From: an uncultured delta proteobacterium
GTDB taxonomy: Bacteria > Myxococcota_A > Polyangia > Palsa-1104
DNA: 64,000 nt
NCBI GenBank assembly: GCA_963785725.1
Contig: CAWAWS010000035.1
Location: 32,001 to 96,000, forward strand
Reading direction: 5' to 3'
Below are positions 57,632 through 64,000 of this stretch, piece by piece. Numbering within the stretch: the first letter of the stretch is position 1; the number at the start of each line of letters is the position of its first letter. The notes below the pieces were generated by a model that saw only the letters and a list, made by a program, of their open reading frames with translations, searched no databases and was not told the origin of the DNA. Position numbers and translations under genes: made by a program.

Positions 57632-59881
57632 ATGACGCGGATTCTGTTGCGATTGGCTCTGCCCCTCCTGATTTTGTCCGCTCCTTCCCTGGCGTTGGCG
57701 CAGCCGGCCGATGATCCTGGCTTGAGCGAATCGCCGCCGCCGCCGAAGCCGGCGACGCCAAAGCCGACCGCGACGCCGGCCGCGGTCACACCCACGCCGA
57801 CGACGAGCACGATCACGACGACGTCGCCGCCGAACGAGCAGCTGTCGGCGCCCGAGGTGCACGAGACCGTCGACGAGCAGGTCACGTGGAAGCCGGGCAC
57901 GGGCGAGCATCCGCCCGACGAAGACATGTACGAGACCGTGGCCGCGCCGTCGGTCACGGGCGGCGTCGGCCTCTTGCGCACGCTCGAAGCCGAGAGCGGC
58001 AAGACCAACACCTTCCGCGTCGGCATCAACTTGCAGGCGTTCCGCCAGTCGAACTTCCTGATCGCCGGCTCCAACGGCGTCGGCGGCGACGTCAACTCAC
58101 GCTTCCTCGGCAATTTGACGATCGGCTACACGCCGTGGAAGTACATCGAGCTCTACCTCGGCATCTTCAACTCGTCGAACCAGAACACGCGCACCGACTC
58201 GGGCCGCGAAGATCCCGAGGTCATCTTGGCGCTCGGTGACGTCGGCGCCGGCGTCAAAGGCCACGTGCCGCTCGCCAGCTGGTTCGATCTCGGCGTCAAC
58301 TTGGGCCTCAAGTTCTTCAACTCGGTCTCCAAAGTCAGCGTCGAAGGCGCCGCCACCAACTTCACCGCCGATCTCATCGGCAGCTTCGACCTGCGCCACG
58401 CCGAAGCCACGAAGAACGTGCCGTTGCGCTTCCACTTGAACGTCGGCTACCTCGTCGACGAGTCGATCAAGCTGCTCGCCGGCAACGGCTGCCCGACGTC
58501 GGACTCGAACGACGCCTGCATCCGCTCGCGCGTCGTCGAGACGTTCGGCTACGGCATCGGCGCCAGCCGCTTCCGCATCGCCGCCGCCGCCGACGTGCCG
58601 CTCGAGTTCAAGAAGGCGCACGTCGGCCTCGAGATCTTCGGCGAATATCACGCCGAGATCGCGGTCGGCGACGGCGATCAGACGATCGTGCGCGCGCTCG
58701 CCAACGACAGCTCCATCTCCAACAGCCGTTTGACCGGCACCAGCTTGCAATACTTCACGTTCGGCGTGCGCGTGCGTCCCGTCGCCGGCCTGGTGCTCGA
58801 CGCCGGCATCGACGTCGGCGTGTCGTCGCCCGGCTTCCAATACGGGCCGCCGGTGCCGGCGTGGAACGTCATCCTCGGCGCCGCCTACGTCTACGATCCG
58901 ATCGGCGCGCGCGGCCGCACCAAGGTCGTCACGCGCACCGTCACCCGCGAGAGCGCGCGCACGGCCGTCGAAGGCAAGCTGCGCGGCTTCGTCCGCGACG
59001 GCGCGACCAAGAAGCCGGTCGGCGGCGCCACCATCCGCTACACGAGCCGCCGCGCCACGCCGCAGCTCACGGCCGACGACGGCAGCTTCCTCAGCTACGG
59101 CTTCCCGCCGGGCCCGATCACCGTCGAGATCTCGCGCGACGACTACGAGGCCACGAAGATCGACACGATCATCCCGGCCAACGGCGAGACGCCGATCGAG
59201 GTCCTGCTCAAGGCCAAGCCACCGCAGAACGGCACGCTGCAGGGCAAAGTCACCGACAGCGACGGCGGTGGCCTCGTGGCCACGGTTCGGTTGACCAATC
59301 CCCAAACGGGAGCCATCGTCGACGCCGAGCCCGAAGGGGGTTCCGGCGGCTACGGCGCCAAGCTGCCGCAGGGAGATTACGCCATGGAAGTCAGCGCCGA
59401 CGGCTACTTGTCGAAGCAGCGGCAGATCACCATCGTCACGGCTCAGCCGACCAACTTCGAGGTCGTGCTGCGCAAGAAGCCGACGACGTCGCACGTCTCG
59501 CTCGGCAAGGGCGAGATCATCATCAAGGGCGTCATTCACTTCGGCACCAACAACGCCGAGATTCGTCCCGACGGCGCCGAGCTGCTCGACGAAGTGGCCG
59601 ACGTCCTCGTCAAACACGGCGAAATCCGTCGCGTTCGCGTCGAGGGGCACACCGACAACCGCGGCAACGCCGACAAGAACCTGGAGCTGTCGAAGGCGCG
59701 CGCGGCGGCGGTCGTGGCCTATCTCGTCAAGCAGGGCATCGACCCGCAGCGGCTCGAATCCGAAGGCTACGGCGCGACGCAGCCGCTCGTCCCCAACATC
59801 ACGCCGGCGCAGCGGGCCAAGAATCGCCGCGTCGCCTTCAAGATCCTCGATGGTGTCTCCGTTCCGTCGGTGACGCAGTGA
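57632..59881 (+). CDS. Outer-membrane protein: beta-barrel-like N-terminus, two carboxypeptidase-regulatory-like domains, OmpA C-terminal domain
   Basis: Signal peptide; VEGHTDNRG...NLELSKARAAAV...GYGATQP...NRRV; promoter TTGACA-18-TACAGT at 57564-57593. Confidence 0.9.
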   Translation: MTRILLRLALPLLILSAPSLALAQPADDPGLSESPPPPKPATPKPTATPAAVTPTPTTSTITTTSPPNEQLSAPEVHETVDEQVTWKPGTGEHPPDEDMYETVAAPSVTGGVGLLRTLEAESGKTNTFRVGINLQAFRQSNFLIAGSNGVGGDVNSRFLGNLTIGYTPWKYIELYLGIFNSSNQNTRTDSGREDPEVILALGDVGAGVKGHVPLASWFDLGVNLGLKFFNSVSKVSVEGAATNFTADLIGSFDLRHAEATKNVPLRFHLNVGYLVDESIKLLAGNGCPTSDSNDACIRSRVVETFGYGIGASRFRIAAAADVPLEFKKAHVGLEIFGEYHAEIAVGDGDQTIVRALANDSSISNSRLTGTSLQYFTFGVRVRPVAGLVLDAGIDVGVSSPGFQYGPPVPAWNVILGAAYVYDPIGARGRTKVVTRTVTRESARTAVEGKLRGFVRDGATKKPVGGATIRYTSRRATPQLTADDGSFLSYGFPPGPITVEISRDDYEATKIDTIIPANGETPIEVLLKAKPPQNGTLQGKVTDSDGGGLVATVRLTNPQTGAIVDAEPEGGSGGYGAKLPQGDYAMEVSADGYLSKQRQITIVTAQPTNFEVVLRKKPTTSHVSLGKGEIIIKGVIHFGTNNAEIRPDGAELLDEVADVLVKHGEIRRVRVEGHTDNRGNADKNLELSKARAAAVVAYLVKQGIDPQRLESEGYGATQPLVPNITPAQRAKNRRVAFKILDGVSVPSVTQ

Positions 59882-60354
59882 CGCGCGCGCTGTTATTGGC
59901 GGCGGCGCTGTTGGCCGTCGGCTGCCGCGAAGGCAACACGCTCGACAACTCGGGCACGTTCTCGAGCACGGCGGCGGACATGGCCAAAGGGCCGATCTCG
60001 TCGTCGCCGGATTTGGCGCCGCCTAGCGAGGACATGGTCGCGGCCGAGACCTGCGGCTCGATCTTGACCTGCGGCCTCGGCTGCTTGAGCGGCGCGGCCG
60101 GCGGCGACATGGCCGGCGGCGGCGGGCTCGGCGGCTTGGGCGGTTTGGGCGGCCTCGCCGGCTGCACGTCCTGCTTACAAGGCGCGCCGCCCGACGCCAC
60201 GATGCAAGCCGAGGCCATCATCAGCTGTGCCGTGCAGAACTGCTTGAGCGACATCACCGGCGGCGGCGGCATCACCGGCATCTTCAGCTGCCTCGCCACG
60301 AGCTGCACGACCCAGCTCGCCGCCTGCCAAGGCCTCGGCATCGGCGGCTTCTAA
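59878..60354 (+). CDS. Small Cys-rich, Gly-rich lipoprotein
   Basis: GTGA overlap with the OmpA gene; lipobox AVGC; ten further Cys in helical CxxxC-type spacing. Confidence 0.75.
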   Translation: MTRALLLAAALLAVGCREGNTLDNSGTFSSTAADMAKGPISSSPDLAPPSEDMVAAETCGSILTCGLGCLSGAAGGDMAGGGGLGGLGGLGGLAGCTSCLQGAPPDATMQAEAIISCAVQNCLSDITGGGGITGIFSCLATSCTTQLAACQGLGIGGF

Positions 60355-60366
60355 GCCCGACCTACG

Positions 60367-60395
60367 CGAGCGGCCCGATTCGCATGGGCCGCTCG
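60367..60395. terminator. GC hairpin between convergent genes
   Basis: cgagcggccc-N9-gggccgctcg perfect 10-bp stem; no U-tract. Confidence 0.5.
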
Positions 60396-60410
60396 AACCG
60401 CCACGCCCGC

Positions 60411-62196
60411 TTACGCCTCGTCATCACTGTCGTCTTTGTCGTCTTCGTCGTCTGCGCTCGGCAGCGGCGCGCCCATCCACTGTTCGTACAGCGCGCGCTG
60501 CGCCGCCGACGGCACGGCCACGGGCGCGATCTTGTAGCGCTCGGGCGGCTTGTCGCCCAACGTCACCTCGATCGTCCGCAGCTGATCGCGACGGAAAATG
60601 TCGCAGCGCAGCCGATCGCCCGGCTTCTTCGCCGCCAGCCGCTCTTTGAGCGTCGCCGAGTCGATGCGGAAGCCGTCGAGCGCCACCAGCTCGTCGCCGG
60701 CCGACAAGCCGGCCGCCTGCGCCGGGCCGTCGTCGAGCACGGCCGCCAAGATGAGCCCGCCGTCGTCGCGCGTCGTCACGCCGAGCCACGGCTCGCCGGC
60801 GTCACCGTCGGTCTCGGCCGAGATCGTCGAGGCCGGCGGTGGCCAACAGGCGCTCCAGCTCCAGCTCGTCGCGACCGCGAATGTGCCGCTCGAAGAAGGC
60901 CTCCAAGTCGAGCCCGCTCGCCTCTTCCGCCAGCGCCTGCACGGAATCATCGGGAAAGCCGACGCCGCGCTGACCGAAGCGCTGCCACAACAGGCGCATC
61001 AGATCGTCGAGCGACTTGCCGCCGCCGGTGCGCGAGCGAATCTCGAGATCGAGCAGCAGCGCCACGACGCCGCCCTTCAAATAGTAGGAGATCGTCGAGT
61101 TGACCGAGTTCTCGTCGGGGCGATAGAGCTTGATCCAGGCGTCGAAGCTCGACTCCTCCAGCGACTGCCGTTTGCGCCCGGGAATGGCCGCGATTTTGCC
61201 GACCTCTTCGGCCAGCTTGTCGAGGTACTTCTCGGGCTTTTGCAGCCCGGCGCGCACCAGGATGTGGCGATCGTAGTAGCTGGTGATGCCCTCCATCACC
61301 CACAAACAGCGCGTGTAGGCTTCGCGCTGGTAGTCGAACGGGCCCAGCACCTCGGGATGGATGCGCTTGACGTTCCACAGGTGAAAATATTCGTGCGAGA
61401 TGAGCTCGAGGAACTCCTCGTACTTCTTGCGCGGATGGAACGTGAACGGCGACGCCAAGAGCGCACACGACTTCGAGTGCTCGAGGCCGCCGTATTGGTT
61501 GGGCGCCAGCATGAGTAAAAAGGCGTACTCGTCGTAAGGCACGCCGTCGCCGAAGATGCCGGCGGCGGCGTCGATGATGAGCTGCATGTCGGCGAGCAGC
61601 TGCGGGCGCGAGAAGGTCGCGTCGCCCCAAATCGCCAGCCGGTGCCGTTTGCGTTGCGCGTCGAAGTGATGCAGCTCGTGCGTGCCGACTTCGAAGGGCG
61701 AGTCGACGATCTCGTCGTAATTGCGCGCGGCGAACACGTTCTCGGACGACTCGGGCAAGGCCACGGTCACGCGCCAATGCTCGGGCGGCGCGACGGTGAT
61801 GCGCGCCGGCGCCGACTTCAGCGGCGGGTGATAGAGGAACACGCAGGCGCCGTTGAAGAAGCCGTGCGAGTCGTCGAGGTGGGCCGAGCGCACGGTCAAG
61901 TCGTTGGCGTAGACGCGATAGCGGGCGACGACGACCTCGGCGCCGCGTGCGTCGACGCGCCAGGTCGCCTTCTCGATCTTGCGCGCCGGAAGCGGGCGAC
62001 CTTCGGGGGTCGCGAACGTCAGCTCTTGCAGGTGGCGCTCGAACTCGCGCACCAAGTACGAGCCCGGCGTCCACACCGGCAGCATGAGGTCGATGTCGGC
62101 GCCACCGACGGGAAAGCGCGCCTCGACGCCGTACAGATGCGCATTCTTGCCGACGAGATCGATTCGATATTCGACAGTTGCCGTTGCGGTCGCCAT
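60411..62196 (-). CDS. M61 glycyl aminopeptidase with C-terminal PDZ domain, frameshift near 60830
   Basis: LPVWTPGSY, GGLEH, SHEYFHLWNVKRI, LWVMEGITSYY, SYYLKG; PDZ GPAQAAGLSAGDELVALDG in the shifted frame. Confidence 0.93.
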
Positions 62197-62210
62197 TGCA
62201 CCGATCGATA

Positions 62211-63746
62211 TCACGCGCCCGGCGACGGATCGAGCCGTGTGACGCTGAAGCCTTCGAGCGGCGTCAAGGTCACCGCTTTCTTGCCTTCCGAGAGCTTGGC
62301 TTTGAGCTGCGGCTTGGACACGCCGGCGGTCGACAGCTCCCAGAAGCCACGCGGATCTTCGTCGGCGTCGTCGAACACGCGCACGACGAAGACGCGGCCG
62401 CCGCGCGCCCGCGCCGACGCCAGCTCGCGATCGAGCCGCTTCCAGCAGGCGGCGGCGCCGTCGCGCGCGGCGTAGTAGGCGACGGGGAAGGGCTCGATCT
62501 TGGCCTTGCCGTAAAAGACGACGTATTCGTCCCACGAGTGGCCGGGGAAGAGGACCAGATCGCCGTCGCGGAGCAGCGCCGCGGTCGCCTCCGCTTTTTG
62601 CCGCGGCCATTGGTCGGTGTGCGCCGGCCAAATCGCCGTCGCGAAGTTGAACAGCGCCAGCCACGCCAGCACGGCGCCGCCGGCACGACCCGGCCGCGGC
62701 AGATGCAAGAGGAGCGCGGCGGCGACGACCCAGCCCGCCGGCAAGACGAAGATCCAGCGCTCGGGATCGGCGCCGAAGAACGCCACACCCAACAGCGTGT
62801 AAGGCGCGATCCACCAGACCAGCGCCGTCGTGTCGAGCGTGGCCAGCGCGCGGCGCTGCGTCATGGTGCCGACGAAGAGCGCCACGAGCGGCACGAGGCC
62901 GAGCAGGAATTGGCCGATGAGCTTCTGCGCATCCGCTTCGTACAAATAGGGCGAGAACACCAGCGACTTGGCCAGGCCGTAGATGGCGTCGGCGAGGCGA
63001 TAGGGACCGCCGGACGAGACGAAGCCGTGCTGCGCCGAGCCGATCCAGCGGAGAGCGCCGGCGACATCGTGACGACGAACGATGAGCGCGGCCCAGGCGT
63101 AGGTGGCGATCGTGATGCTGCCGCCGGTGACGAGCGCGACGAGCGGCGGCAGCCAACGCGGCTTGGGCGCGTGCGCGAACAAGTAGTAGGCGACGAAGCC
63201 GCTCAAGAGCACGTGCGACAGATGCGAGAGCACGCACAGCGCCAGGCAAACGCCGACCAAGAAGGCGCGGGCGAGCGTCGGATGCGACGCGAACGACAGC
63301 GCCATGCGCACGGTCGCGAGCAAGGCGACCATCGCGGCGGCGTAGGCTTCGACGTCGTTGGCCTCGCTCCAGTAGCCGTAAGACAAGGCCAGGCCGCCGG
63401 CCGCGAGCGTGGCGCCGAGGCGGATCTGCGCGTCGTCGCGACCGGCGAGCAGGCGGCGCGCGATGCTGTACAAGAGGACGACGCCGGTGCCGCCGAGGAG
63501 CGCGTCGTAGAGCCGACCGGCGCGCAAGCCGTCGCCGACGAGGCCGGCGACGAGGCGCAACGCCGGCATGAAGAGGAGGTGGCCGGCCGCGAAGTTGAAC
63601 GGCAAGAGCTTGATGTAACCGAGCCCGTCCAAGTTCGGGACGGCGGGCGCGGTCAGGAGATAGACGATCGTCGCCGCCGCGCCCAAGCCGAGCGCGCGGA
63701 GCCGATGCGAACGTTCGTCAGCGACGTCTGCCGGCGGCGCTTTCAA
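62211..63746 (-). CDS. Polytopic membrane protein, GT-C/DUF2723-like
   Basis: About 10 TM helices; NLDGLGY, GHLLF, YWSEANDVEAY; TTG start overlaps the upstream stop. Confidence 0.65.
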   Translation of the reverse strand: MKAPPADVADERSHRLRALGLGAAATIVYLLTAPAVPNLDGLGYIKLLPFNFAAGHLLFMPALRLVAGLVGDGLRAGRLYDALLGGTGVVLLYSIARRLLAGRDDAQIRLGATLAAGGLALSYGYWSEANDVEAYAAAMVALLATVRMALSFASHPTLARAFLVGVCLALCVLSHLSHVLLSGFVAYYLFAHAPKPRWLPPLVALVTGGSITIATYAWAALIVRRHDVAGALRWIGSAQHGFVSSGGPYRLADAIYGLAKSLVFSPYLYEADAQKLIGQFLLGLVPLVALFVGTMTQRRALATLDTTALVWWIAPYTLLGVAFFGADPERWIFVLPAGWVVAAALLLHLPRPGRAGGAVLAWLALFNFATAIWPAHTDQWPRQKAEATAALLRDGDLVLFPGHSWDEYVVFYGKAKIEPFPVAYYAARDGAAACWKRLDRELASARARGGRVFVVRVFDDADEDPRGFWELSTAGVSKPQLKAKLSEGKKAVTLTPLEGFSVTRLDPSPGA

Positions 63747-64000
63747 CCGAAGAAGGCCTCGTTGCGGATTTGGCGTTTGCGATCGACGCCGCGCGCTTGC
63801 AGCTCCGTCTTCAGCTCTTTGATCATGGCGCCGTTGCCGATGAGATAGAACACCGGCTTCGTCAGCGCCGGCACGTCGGCGAGCAGCTCGTTGTTGATGC
63901 GCCCGCGGCGACCGCTCCAACTCGCGCCCGCTTCGCCCGAGAGGAACAGCCGCAGCTCGATGCGCGCGCTTTGCGCGGCGATGGCGTGCAGCTCGTCGAG
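63743..64000 (-). CDS. C-terminus of an FNR-type FAD/NAD(P)-binding oxidoreductase (partial)
   Basis: ...LRLFLSGEAGASWSGRRGRIN...FYLIGNGAMIKELK...RKRQIRNEAFFG* read manually. Confidence 0.8.
   Translation of the reverse strand, partial: LDELHAIAAQSARIELRLFLSGEAGASWSGRRGRINNELLADVPALTKPVFYLIGNGAMIKELKTELQARGVDRKRQIRNEAFFG

Overview
High-GC bacterial chromosome segment whose gene content points to a myxobacterium (Myxococcota). The evidence is four Hanks-type Ser/Thr kinases, TPR/PEGA and Cys-rich lipoproteins, an AglR/Q/S-like motor triad, an AgmX/PglI-type C-terminal domain and a TIGR04552-like gene. The window starts inside a minus-strand 16S rRNA gene preceded by five sigma70-type promoters repeated every ~100 bp. 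The rest is densely packed housekeeping and signalling genes: hemB, cobA-hemD, cyclophilin, ABC1 kinase, thiolase, M16 and M61 peptidases, AAA ATPase, ECF sigma/anti-sigma, PBP1A, divergent H+-PPase, patatin, Smr, acs and an OmpA-domain protein. Several genes carry single-base frameshifts typical of long-read consensus error. No CRISPR array, tRNA, prophage or transposase was recognised. The most notable observations are: (i) a family of ~110-155 bp self-complementary intergenic elements with a shared core, copy-specific outer stems and a covarying inner hairpin, each starting at a stop codon; (ii) an 89-bp insert flanked by CTGATG repeats that keeps translational coupling through a 29-codon mini-ORF; (iii) symmetric bidirectional -10 boxes and apparently frequent leaderless genes; (iv) a RelA/SpoT-synthetase-like stand-alone protein preceded by a 28-aa membrane peptide; (v) the phased rRNA promoter array. 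All family assignments come from motif recognition by eye, not from database searches.
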